Position numbers and translations under genes: made by a program. A stretch of DNA of 64,000 nt from Octopus vulgaris (lineage: Eukaryota). Positions 36,521 through 48,899 of this stretch are shown in pieces (within the stretch, counting starts at the first letter, position 1; the number at the start of each line of letters is the position of its first letter). The DNA lies in contig OX597826.1 of NCBI GenBank assembly GCA_951406725.2, positions 20,274,001 through 20,338,000 of the forward strand, read 5' to 3'. The notes below the pieces were generated by a model. It was given only the letters and a program-made list of their open reading frames with translations. It searched no databases and was not told the DNA's origin.

Positions 36521-39500
36521 CTGAAAGGTAAAGAAATAAAAACATTACATTATTTTAAAAACTTTCTTTAAATTATTTTGAAATTAGGTTTTTTGGAAAA
36601 TAATTTTGTAATGAAATTTCTCTTATATAATATAGAAGCCTTTTTCTTGAAGGAACAATCAGAGGCAACTTTGAGTAGACACAAGTCTTAGAGGGGACAT
36701 CTTCTCCAGTGTTGCTGGCATAATAAAATACCTCCAGTCCATGATGTGAAATGGTAGATGATAGGGAGGACGTCCAACCATAGATACCATATCAATGATG
36801 TACAAGAGTCACTACACATGATGGCTGGTTTGTTACAATGCCTTTTACTTTCAGGCATTGTCTACCATGAATTACATCATCCAATGTATTCCTTTTTAAA
36901 AATGGTAGAATTTGATATGACAGAAATTTAGTTGTCATTTCTTACTCGTTTGTTGGTTCATTAAACAAGGAATATTGTATTGAAATTTGATGAATTGTTA
37001 CAACACACATCCTTCCATTTATGAAGAAAAGAAACAATTCTGAAAAAAGCTGATTTACTTACAACACCAGTTGCAACCATTATACCAACAGCAGAACCAG
37101 CAATGACATCAATTAAGTGGTGTTTATTATCAGAAACTCGAGTAATAACACTCCAGGCTGATAGAACTAACAGCGCCATCTGGAGGGATGCTTTGAAGAA
37201 ACGACTCACTTTCACTTCAAATCGAAGTTCCAGATACAACTGTAAAATGAAAAGACAATTTTTTTATCATCAAGAATTTTGGTAAAAAACAAACAAATTA
37301 AAAAATATTTTATTTCTTAAAAAAAAAATCAACTTTGATTTGAAACAACAGCAATGACAAAATAATTTTATATCATAACAAGGTAGTTGATAGCAACATC
37401 TATGATGTGTCATAGTTAGAAATACGATGGTAGTAGCTATGATGGGTTACAAAGAGATATGTAACTAAAGTAGTTATGATTTGATATGACAAGAAATGTG
37501 ATAGTTGTGGCTATGATATGTAACTCTATTGTTCTTTTATGAAATTTTATAATCATGATTAAATTGTTAAACTAAATGAGAGACATTTCAATAAGAGTGA
37601 AGTTTCAATGAAAATGTCCAGATAGAGAATAATGGATGAGTGAGTTGGATTAGCTGAGATTAAAAGATTAAATTACACAATGTGTCAGCAGAAGTTCAAT
37701 GAATGTTAAAGGCAAAAATATCGGTGAAGTGTTTTAAAGGGTTTTAATGATGCTGAAGTAAATAAATTGAAGAGTTTATGAGAAGTGTTACCCAGGAGGA
37801 CTTTTATGGGTAACAGAGGACAGTGAAGGTGTGAAAGATGGTAAATATCAGATGAATAAAGATTTCAAGGTAAATAATGAGATATAATAATAATAATTTC
37901 TAACTTACAACAGTGTAGAGTGCTGTGTATACAGAAATGGCTGCATGACCCGATGGAAATGACAACAAAGCATCCCTTTGTTTCAAAGGGTTAAATTCTG
38001 TACTGGTGCATGTGTAATTATGGACAAATCTGTTAAATAAAGTAGTTTTAATTGAGATTTATGTCAACATCATTTGGTGTTTATTAGAATTTATCTTCAA
38101 AAGAAACAGATGAAAAACAATGCTGCTATAATTTTTCCCTCAATTTTGAAACATTTAAATTATATTTTATAGAATCTTCTACCTGACCAAATAATCTTTT
38201 CATTATGTAACTCTCAGATCTGATCGACTGACCCCCTTTTTACTAAATAATTGTTTTTATTGCATAGACACCTGTTCTATCTTCAAATTAACCAAATCTG
38301 GCCTCTTACAACTACTCAACAATGTCACTCTAAAAATAAACAATCATCTCATAGAAATCTCAAAGTTATGACATAATGCACAACAAATTCAAGACAACAA
38401 AGAAGATATAAGCTGGACATTCGAGAGAGAGAGAGAGAAAGCTTAATACTAATGGGCAAAGGACTTGCAATGCCTCTCTACTAGGCCCTCAGTCTTGTAA
38501 GTTGTAAGGGGACCTCACTAGTGCCATGACAAAAAGCACCCAATTCCCTTGGGTTTCAGAAGGCCATCTAGCTAAAAGTAACCCTGCCAAAGCAAACATT
38601 GGAGCAGAGTGCAGTCCACTGATTTATTGGATCCAATTAAAGAATCCAACCAATGTCCAACATGGAAAACAGATGTCAAAGGATAATGAATGGACTTCAC
38701 CAAACATATCCAAAGACCAAGTCTTCAACTGGGTGACAGATTAAATTCTATTCTAATCTATAAGTTAGAAGTGGTTAATTCTGAACAAAGTTTTATTTGT
38801 TACTAGCAGTATCACCCGGTGTTGCATAGGTTTGTTTCGACCCTTTAGAATTGGAACTTTTGAAAAGTATAAATTTTGCATTATGCAACTTGTTATTCTC
38901 TTCAAGTGAACATTTTTTCAGTTGAAATATACCGAAAAATGGTGACACAGCAGTCAAAAATCGTAAAAAATAGGGATTTTCATAGAAAAAAAAAGCACCT
39001 TTTTGATGTAAATAATTTTTGGTGTTAACATGGTCCGATTTGAATTTTATCTTCTACAGAATGAAGAGCAAGCCTTCTTCTATCATACTCTCAATTTTGG
39101 TCAACTTGCGCTGCAGGGTCTCGAAGGAGATAGTGTTAGTTGAAGGCTACCAAACCTGCCACACACAGACAACTTCAGCTTTATATATATAGATTTGCTA
39201 CACACTACTTTCCATCCTTGATAATGAAACTTGGTAGATCCAAAAGTTAAACACATAGACACACACACAGATACACAAGTTGAGTTTTATATATATATAG
39301 ATTTCTCAATGGGGATTTCAGGGGAGAGTTTCAGGGAGTCGCTGGCGATGTATCATGATGATCAAAAATCCAGCCTGCTAAAATTTGGTGAAAGTGATTC
39401 AAACTGCAGACTCAACGCAAAATGGTCACATTTAATTCAAAGCGTTAAAAATGTTATGAAAACAATTGGTATGTGTTCACAAAGTCCAAACGATTAATAC

Positions 39501-42500
39501 GAAAAAACCCTCCAGGCTACATCCCGAAAATTCATTTCCTTGCCGAATTTCTACAATGTTTACGGCGATTCGTTTTTATATCTTGATTTTTTATTTTTCA
39601 TGCAATTTACGCATGCTTGCACGTGTGGTGAACACAGTTCACGTCAAACAGCTGACTGAGTAAAGTTCACTATTCAATGCATGGGATAAGGCCTAAACAG
39701 ACACATTATCGATTTTTGCACTTGCGAGATGAATTTCAGTTCAATTTTCATTCGTCTAAACTTTAAGTGACCCATTTTTGGTGGTTCTACGATTTGTTGG
39801 CTAGGAGGAGATGTGCCGGGAAGTTAAACACACAGACACACAAGTTGAGTTTTATATATATAGATTTTCAAACTGACATATAATTATATAATTCTAATTA
39901 ACAATTATAATTAAAAATTATGATTTTAATTAATCAAAGCAAAATCACAAATCCATTCAGAAGAGAAACAGAAGCAAAAATTCAGTTTGATATTTCATAA
40001 ATTTCATGAAAATATTTTATTTGTACGAGTTAAGAGTTTTTTTTTTTTTTTAATTGCAAATATTGATGACAGAGTGCTATATAGTGGTGTTGGTGGTAGT
40101 GTTAGTGGTGGGTGGTGTTAGCAATCATGGAGTTGTTGGTGGTGTGAAGATCTTTCTTTCACATGGAACAAATTTCATTTTACAATGACAACATAAATAA
40201 TGTTGCCATTTATTTACATCTTTCATCTGTTACCTTATGTCAAGTACAAAGACAGACACCTCACCTATCTCATTAATTAAAGGAGGCCATCTCTGGCATT
40301 TTTCTCTTGTTATTTGTTTCAAAACTAGTAATCGCTGGTTTTATTACACCCCACAGGGATACTGCAGATGTTAGGGGCTTTACACTCCTGCTGCCCTTTA
40401 AACAGTAAACAATACTCAAAAGACTCACATCTCCAAGGAAGTACAACACCTGTACTTCCTTGGAGATGTGAGTCTCAGTCAATTAAACAGACCCTAGTAT
40501 GTGACTGGTACTTTATTTTATTAACTCCTGAAGGATGAGAGGAAAGTTGGCTTCAGAACATAAAGATGCAGAATAAATACTGCGAAGCATTTTGTCAAGG
40601 CTCTAAGGATTCTGTTAATCCACTCCATACACGCCTACCACATTGATGTGATTAATGATAATAGATTATTCTGCTGATGATCTTTCAAAACACAACAATG
40701 ACAGAAAAACTTGAATTTAGATAAGTTTACTTACTCGTCTTTTGTACAATTTACGTTGGGTCGACAAACAGCAAAGAAGTTGGGTCTCATACTTCCCATA
40801 AAATATTTGGGAACATCAACAAAAAACTGGTTTAGGGTGATGCCAAACAGAAATATTGTGTATACCCTCACAGTTGTGGAGATTTGAGTTCCTTTGCCAA
40901 TATATTTCCTCAGTACTTGCCAATTTAGCCATTCAGTACCACAAACCTAAAAAAAAGAATACAGTTATTCGAAATACTGACACAGTTTACACAAACTTTA
41001 ACTGTTCACCATCGAAGTTAACACAGTTTACATGACTTAAAGGTTCAATGTGTCTCTCAGTGAACATTTTGCCCCCACCCCCATGTTCAATAACAGAAAG
41101 AATCTCATTGATTCCTGCAATTTCTCTGAATATTTAATATCCAGATTAGCCATCACTTCTTGTATGGAATTCGTATGTGAGATTATATGATAAGCATTAA
41201 CATTAGGTTCTGTTGAATCTGTTATAGAAAGTTTTTATTGTTGTTCCATTCTGGTACAGGGTGTGTATGAGAAGTTCTGTGACAAAGTTTCCCATAGACG
41301 CAGAAACAATATCATCTCATTTATGGAACCATTTGACACAAATCAAGTTGCTGAGTTGCATGATCTAATATTTCTTTAGAATTACACAAGTTCACAAAGG
41401 TATTCAAGAGAATCTTTTTCAGCTGGCACTATAATTTTACCTTTCTAGGTACAATTATTAAATTTGCCATCACTTGGCTTTTTTTATTTTTGCAATGAAA
41501 TTCAAGGAATTACAAAATTAACAAATTATTTTTGCCTATAGAGAATAGGTGCTCATCTGCAGCACTGGATGAGATGGCAGTGTTATACTTGGTGAAGAGG
41601 TCAATCAAGACCTGCTCACCCCAAAAAGGTGACTTCAGTCAGGACCTTTTTCAAGATGGCCTCCAGCCAGGTCATCACCAAGTTCTGCACCTTGGATTTC
41701 AGTGACCTGTGGCTCCTGCCTTCTCGGAACTGAGTGATGTTGCTGTAGAAATCCTCTTCCTCATCCTCATTGCTGCCCTTCTGACTGGTCTCCATTAGGG
41801 CTGTCTCCACAATGATCTCCATGGCATTTGCTACCCTGCAATCCTGGCTATTATTATACTGCTCCAGTCAGAACAGGTGAAACTTGGGGTGGAAGGCAGT
41901 GGCCAGCTGGCCCTCCAGGTTTTCTAGGAGGAGCCCAAGCCTTTTCGTGATGCCTGCCAGTGTCGCGTTTACCAGAGGACTGCAGTACAGGTCATGTTTG
42001 AACTTGGCCTCCTTCAACTTCATGACAGTAGCCGCTACACTTGGCAGAAGGCTCCCAAGATAGGCCTGGTCTTACCCCTGGATTTTATCCAAGGCCTTGG
42101 CAACATTAGACATCATCCAGGTCTACTCGGTCAGGAAGCTGACATTAGGATCGGTGAAGGTTTGCAGCTTCAGCTGTGTGATTACCCTGTGGACAGCTCC
42201 CCTATTCTTCTCCAACAGGTTGCTGAGGACAACAGAGTCATAGGTAGAGTTCCATCTGGTACTGTTGGGGACCACCAGCCTCCTCTTCAATGCATCCAGA
42301 ATGCTGTCTGCCACCACTGTGCTGTGCCTCTGCAGATTCCACAGCCACTGTGCCTTGGACATGGCCTTCCTGTAGACTGACTTGAACAAACCACTGTCAA
42401 GAGACTTGTCAGCATCCATGTTGGCTATCAAGTTGAAGGTATGGGCTGTGCACTTCATGCACACTGGCAGGTTGAGGCCCAGGCTGCTGGACTTCAACAT

Positions 42501-43328
42501 ATATACATATATATGTAAATATATACATATATATATATATATGTGTAAATATATAGAGCAATAAGAAAATGGAGGGGATCAATAGGTGGTTCATCAACTT
42601 TTAGACATTATATTATGTCAACTTGACATAATATAATGTCTAAAAATTTATGAATACTACCTATTGATCCCCTCCATTTTCTTATTGCTCTATAAATTAA
42701 AGGTAAAATATCTCTTTACCCTCACCCATTTAGTACACTTGGTAATGTAATTGCCATGCAATAAAAACACTTGTGTATTAATAATTGGATATTCTACTAG
42801 CAGTATATTGGATAGATATTATTCCTTAGTGGGTTGGATTCACAACCCCTAACTTTCTTAATATATATATATTAACTGCACAGAATATGATCAAGGCCTA
42901 CTAAAAAAAAAACAAAAAAAAAACTAGCTTCTCATCCACATCTGCATACAAGCTGCAATGGTTTTTGTGAGCACATGGTTTGTACAATTTTTCGTGGGTA
43001 GGAATGAGGTGGAACATTTGATTGCAGTATCTTATAACCATATTTTGTTTATAGAAGTCACACAGATTGTAGTTTAACATTTGTTACTTTTCTGTTCTAA
43101 ATTCATGGAAATATTGCTAATAACTTAAAGCCTTGTTATTAAACTTTTGAAACTAGTGACACTACGCTGATAGGTGATGTGTTGGGGGTGGGGGTGGAGG
43201 ATGAATAACTGAGATGGGGGATGGAATGAGGGTCAGAATTTGATAACTTCAGAACTTAAGGTTCATTTATTTACTATTTCATTAAAGTCTGTTGTTTTGG
43301 CTGTGCAGACTTAACCATGAGTGGAATA

Positions 43329-43375
<47 letters not shown>

Positions 43376-46114
43376 ATGACATTTATTTCAATTACCTATT
43401 ATGCATTTTATTACATTAATTAAGAAAATAATTATTTGATAAATAATTAAATATTTGAATTAAATTAAGAAAATATGAAGTATGCCTTAATAATAATTTA
43501 GTAAACTTGAATAATTTTAATTTATAAACACATTGTAAGATACTCCTCCAGCTGTTTATGGCTGCCCCGGGTGCAGTGGGACATGGATGTCTTGCTGGGG
43601 TTTAGAGTCTTGATTGGGCTGACAAAAGTGGGGGACTCCACTACATGCAGCGGTAGCATATTGTCGGCAAACAGGTCTACAATCTTTCTGTCCACCATAG
43701 ACTGACAGACGCCAGTGCCAACAGTTTGCGCAAACACCTCGCCAATATTGAGCTGGAGTGCTCTCTTTGTACATGGCTACAATGACTGACGACTGGCACT
43801 GCTTCCAGAAGATTACCTGTGTTTCCCACAGGAACGGCCAGCCTTGATCTCCCCAAACTGGATGGCATGCGTTGGGTGTTTTCTCTTGATATGTGACTTA
43901 AAGTTGCAGAAGCTCACTGCTTGTCCCTTGATGGTGGTCTTCTTGGACTAGCACATGATGCACCAGAAGTACAGGATTTTGGGGTTCCTCTTATCCCTTG
44001 ATGTAAGGACAAAGTATTTATCCAGGTAGGGTCTCAGCTGTTGCAAACTTCTCAACAGGCCCTTCATCCTCAGGCTGAACAAAAACATCTTCATCTTCCA
44101 TAACAATGGTAACTTGATAAGCTGGTAATGTACACTGCTGTCGCTGACACTGTAAGACTCTCTGTAATGTAACAAAGTTGTAAGTGAACACAACTCAAAA
44201 CTGCAGAATTACAGCTAGCTGCTGCTGTGTCAATCAATCACGTCTTGTCATGTGTACATCTGGTCAGCCAATAGCATGCCTCGAGACATGTCCACAACAG
44301 ACATGAACAAACGCATGAATTTTGTTAGCAGACTTAAAGTTAGCGGAACTAAATTCAGCAGAAGCTAATTGGTCCACTAATGGTTTCCAAAGTTAGCAAA
44401 AACACTAATCCATTAAATGAAAAGTTAGCTTCTGTAATTAGCTGTTAGTGAAACTGTGTTCACCACTGATTATGACCATATGTCATTTGGTCATATAAAT
44501 AACATGAACTAAATACGATTTACACATAGGCACTTAAACTAATGTACAGTTGTTGTCAATTTTCACCAAACTGTTAATGTTTCTGTAAGATTCAGACATA
44601 TGGAAAGCAGCTGTACTTTCGAATTGTTTAGAGCCAAGGGATGAGCAAACAGAGAGAGATGGTGACACACTCCTAATTATATTATTATGAAATATACGAT
44701 AGCAAGGCATTGGCATGGTTGTGTGGTTCAGAAGTTTGCTTTCTAACCATGTAGTTTTGGGTTCAATCCCAATTCATGGTACCTTGTGCAAATGTCTTCT
44801 ATTTGGGCTGACCAAAGTCTTGTCAGTTGATGGAAACAGGAAGAAGCTTGTTGTGTGTGTGTGTGTGTGTGTGTTTGCACGTGCGTGTCTATGTCTATGT
44901 GTGTGTGCACATGTGTATGTGATTTTGTATTTTTCTTGTCTGTGTGTGTTTTGATTGCTAGTTTGTAAAAAATGGTTTTGTAAAAAAATGTTGTTTGCAT
45001 ATAGTTCCACAGAAATCTTCCATGATTATTTTCTAAACAATCCCAACCAGTTCCTCGTTTTGGCTCGTGGATGGCCTGCCTGAGCATGCCTCGCCCTCCA
45101 CTGAGGTGCAGCCATATATGAAGTGGTTGTACCACTCATTGCTCTGAGTTTTTCCCCATGACATCATCACCAGAGCCCCGTTGAGTCTTCTGGATGCTTT
45201 GAGCTTGAGTATCACCAAGCTTTTGTCAAATCTTGATGCAATATCTCTGCTTGATGCATTTGGTGGAAACGAAAATCTGACGAGGATTCACCCTATCTTT
45301 ATGCTCTAAATGTAACAGTCATGAACTGATGAGGTTTACTAGGATGGGTGGCATCACTTCCTACCGAAAGGATTTTGCTGGATACTTTTTGAATGCACCT
45401 CATATAAGGGTGTGTACCTTCATCTTTGTTTTCACCCTCTCCGTCACTTGACAACACACATGCGTGCGTGCATGTGAGTTAGTGTTTTCTTGCTTTGACA
45501 TTGCACAATAGTTGTAAATGAGGGTCTGTTTTTTTTCTTTTACTTGTTTCAGTCATTTGACTGTGGCCATTCTGGGGCACCGACTTTCAAATCCTCTGTG
45601 AAATAAAGTCCATCTTTGGGTAAATATTATGTTGTTTGGAAACAGGTGAGTGTTGGTGACTGGAGGAGCACCCAGCCATAAAAAACCCGGTTCAATAAAT
45701 TAAGTATGGAAAAGTGAGCATTAAATAAATGATTATGACAATGATGACGATGATGATGATGATGAATGGCAATATTAAAAAAAATGTGTTTTTTCCTAAA
45801 AACAAAGAACAAAGAACATCATTGTTGAAAGTTAAAAATAAAAACAAAGCGATTTGAATTTGATTCTAATTGAGATCTCCTTTAGATTTGAAGATGAGTG
45901 AATTCAAAAATAGGAAATCATTGTTAAATAAGTTGGAATGAATTGTGTTGATAGCAACTCACCAGCACCAAAGGAATGAGACATGAGGCCAAGTACAGGA
46001 AATTTGTGGAGACTGTATCTGGTTTGTATGGATAACGCAAGGATTGGTCATTGCAAAAGAAACCCTTCTTCGTTGGTTCAATGTACATATACATCAACGG
46101 AAGTGGTAACGCCA
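36389..46114 (-). CDS. Phospholipid phosphatase (PAP2/PLPP, wunen-like), exons 2-6; first coding exon not located
   Basis: complement(join(45963..46114,40735..40946,37909..38029,37063..37239,36389..36520)). Motifs: GFFCNDQSLRYPY; C1 KYFMGSMRP; C2 SFPSGH; C3 TRVSDNKHHLID. All junctions are GT-AG and in phase. The specific PLPP1/2/3 orthology is not resolvable by eye. Confidence 0.92.
37063..37239 (-). CDS. PLPP exon (177 nt, C3 motif)
   Basis: ttttacag|LYLELRF...TRVSDNKHHLIDVIAGSAVGIMVATGV|gtaagt. Confidence 0.92.
37909..38029 (-). CDS. PLPP exon (121 nt, C2 motif)
   Basis: tttaacag|FVHNYTCTS...LLSFPSGHAAISVYTALYTV|gtaagt. Confidence 0.9.
38803..39864 (-). mobile_element. Helitron-derived composite (one 3' end, three 5' ends)
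   Basis: 3' CTAG at 38803-38806 with an adjacent degenerate hairpin; TCTATATATATAAA 5' ends at 39193, 39301 and 39864. Confidence 0.7.
40735..40946 (-). CDS. PLPP exon (212 nt, C1 motif)
   Basis: tttttag|VCGTEW...DVPKYFMGSMRPNFFAVCRPNVNCTKD|gtaagt. Confidence 0.9.
41600..44468 (-). mobile_element. hAT (BED-finger) transposon remnant in two pieces (~43520-44468 and ~41600-42498), inside a PLPP intron
   Basis: CAGTGGTG terminus at 44468 with subterminal gctaa repeats; BED-like C..C...SHIKRKH; hAT motifs CTAHTFNL and PNSTRWNSTYD; frameshifts and stops. Confidence 0.82.
42552..42694. repeat. Near-perfect 143-bp palindrome (1-nt spacer)
   Basis: tatagagcaataagaaaatggaggggatcaatagg...tatgtcaa-c-ttgacata...cctattgatcccctccattttcttattgctctata. 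Confidence 0.92.
44960..45340 (-). mobile_element. Mariner 5' remnant
   Basis: ...GKTQSNEWYNHFIYGCTSVEGEACSGRPSTSQNEE, the typical mariner HTH/SGRP segment. Confidence 0.65.
45963..46114 (-). CDS. PLPP exon (152 nt)
   Basis: tttctag|ALPLPLMYMYIEPTKKGFFCNDQSLRYPYKPDTV...PLVL|gtgagt. Confidence 0.9.
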
Positions 46115-47299
46115 CTAGAAACGAAGATGTCAAAAGAATAACATTTTTAGTGAATCCAGATGATAATTCATAAATGGAAACTAATGATAAAAGAGTGGGA
46201 AAGATATGTGGCATATATAGGAAGGTGTGAAGTGAAGAGAGAGAGAGAGAGAGAGAGAGAGTGTGGGAGGGAGAGAGAGAGAGAGAAATCATGATATATA
46301 AAGTCCATAAAATAAATAAAGAGAGAAAAAAAGAAGCCTTTATAGTGTAATATTATATATGTTGTGTTTGTAGTGAATAACTACAGATTTAACACCACCT
46401 CTTAATAAAGTACTTCATTTCCTAACCACAGCTGCTAATATTACCGTTTTGCTATATAATACTTAATACACACACACACATCCATATACTGCATAATACA
46501 AACACATGCAGTACAATTTATTCATAGACACATGCATACATAAATACTACTTATAAATATACAATTATAGACTCTCGCATTGCTAAACGATGGAGGAGGG
46601 TTCAGCAATATCTTGTTGAACATCATATATCTATATATATATATATATATATATGCATATATATATATATATATACACACACATATATATATGTATATAT
46701 ATATATATAATAGATAATGGTGTCATTGAGACCCAAAGGTGTCAGGTAATGCTGAATAAGTGCTATAGACAGACCATAGTTAAGTTCCAGATTCGGTAAT
46801 ATTGCAAATAAAGGGTTCTATAAATGCTCTAATATCTGTACAGCCTTGGTTTTTTTATCTTATTACGCAAAAAATTCTTATATATATATATCTATATATG
46901 CATACATATACCAAAGTAAGCACATTAATGTGAAACAAGGTGGGGAAAAAATAGTACTCAACTACAGGAGGTAGAGTAATATGCTTTATTAATATTAAAG
47001 TTGCTAAAACATCACAAAAATATTGCAAAAAACTGCTACTCAGAGTTTCACATTCCCATTTGTCGGAGTGTGAGGTGCACTGACTACTTCTGAGTGAGAA
47101 GTAGTCCTTTAGACATGGGTGTTCTTTAAGTACAGGTGATACTACAATTTTAACCCCAGGAGGACTCCTTTTACAGCTGGTTATTCAGTGCACCTCACTC
47201 TCTATCTAAATTGTCCAACAAACGGGAATGTGAAACACTGAGTTGCAGTTTTTGTGATATTTTTGTAATATTTTTTGCAGCTGTAATAATAATAATAAA

Positions 47300-47453
47300 A
47301 AATATATATATATATATATACACGCACACATACACAAGCATAACCACATACACTTTTATGAATATGCATATGCTACATGTGTGTCTGTATGCTTATATAT
47401 ATGTGTGTGTGTATATATATATATATGCATATATATATATATATATGTATGTA

Positions 47454-47495
<42 letters not shown>

Positions 47496-47629
47496 TAATA
47501 TATATATGAAAGTATATTATGTATATGTGATTATATATGTATATGCATGTGTGTACATGTATATATATATATATATATATATACACATGTATATCTACGT
47601 GAGTAAACATGCATGCACAAATAAGTGTG

Positions 47630-47673
<44 letters not shown>

Positions 47674-47680
47674 GCAACAT
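47300..47680. repeat. (TA)n/(TG)n microsatellite field
   Basis: Direct inspection. Confidence 0.85.
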
Positions 47681-48899
47681 GTAATATAAATAAATGCATC
47701 AATAAAAATTGTAATTCTCACCAAGGATCCATATAAGGCCATCAATGAAGAGATTTAATGGAGTCAGTCCCAAGATGTCTTTAATGTTACAAAAATTAGA
47801 AAAAGCTGAACAAGTCGTTACTGGCATTTTGAGTCTCGTTTCTTTACAATGCTATTTTCTTCAATCATTGATGTTTTTATTGCAGAATCTCACAACCCAA
47901 GTTGACGTCACATCACAAAGGATGGGTGTCTTCTAATTACCTCAAGTGCCACTTTACCATTTCCTCGATATCGTTTCAATGGGAGCGTGCGCTTGTCATA
48001 CAAACTGTAAATATTACACCTTCCCTTTGTCTACAATTTAAATCCTATTCACTTATTCTCTCTTTATATATCTATCAAAGTAGTTTTGCTGTAGCACTTT
48101 TTGCATACAACTCTTTTTTTTTTTGCTATTTACAAATAATAAATTTTTTATACTTTTTGTACTTAATGAAAATAGAACCAAATTAAAACTTACGTAATCA
48201 AAAAAAAAAAGAGAGAGAAAAAAGAAAATTCTGGATAATTAGCATTAATTGGCAGGCCAGAAATAAATTGTGCATCATCATTGTTATATAACTGGTGGCC
48301 ACCCTATTCTAAAAGATTTTCCTATTTTGCATGGATAATAATTTTCTTTTTTCCCTGAAACTTAATATTCTGAGAAGTAGTCCTTTAAACGTGGGTGTTC
48401 TTTAAGAACAAATGATACTGCTATTTTAACCCCAGAAAGACTCCTCCTCCAGCTGGTTATTCAGTGCATCTGCACTCAATGTATATTGCAAGCGGGGAGA
48501 GAATTCCCTTCCATCCTAGCTCTGAGGTCACCAGACCACATGATTTCAATCTTCTTGGATCATCCTCAGTGATGGGCACTCATCTGCCAGACATGGCAAT
48601 TGTGAAATAGATTCCAGAAAGCTATGCAAATGTTTCATTGTATGATCAGACAAAATGGTAAAGGAATTACCCTGGAGAATGTTGAGGAAAATACTCTGAA
48701 AGAGTTATTGTACCTCACAGAGCTCATTCATGCAGTTGGCAACTGTTATTCTGATCAAATGAACAAGATTTAACTAAGGTAGACTTCCAGCATGTGATTT
48801 TGGTATAGTTGTAAGTTAACTTTATGTCAGGTGATGTCAGGAATCTGTTGACTCAGGCCAAGGAGGGAAGTTCCCAAGAATTGCCTGGTAGAGTGAATA

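Noticed and set aside
37600-37650. Alternative 'SGH' exon for PLPP
   Set aside because: A stop codon follows immediately; the true C2 exon is 37909-38029.
47955-48006. Minus-strand LYDKRTLPL segment resembling a PLPP N-terminus
   Set aside because: No start codon and no hydrophobic TM1 follows; probably coincidental.
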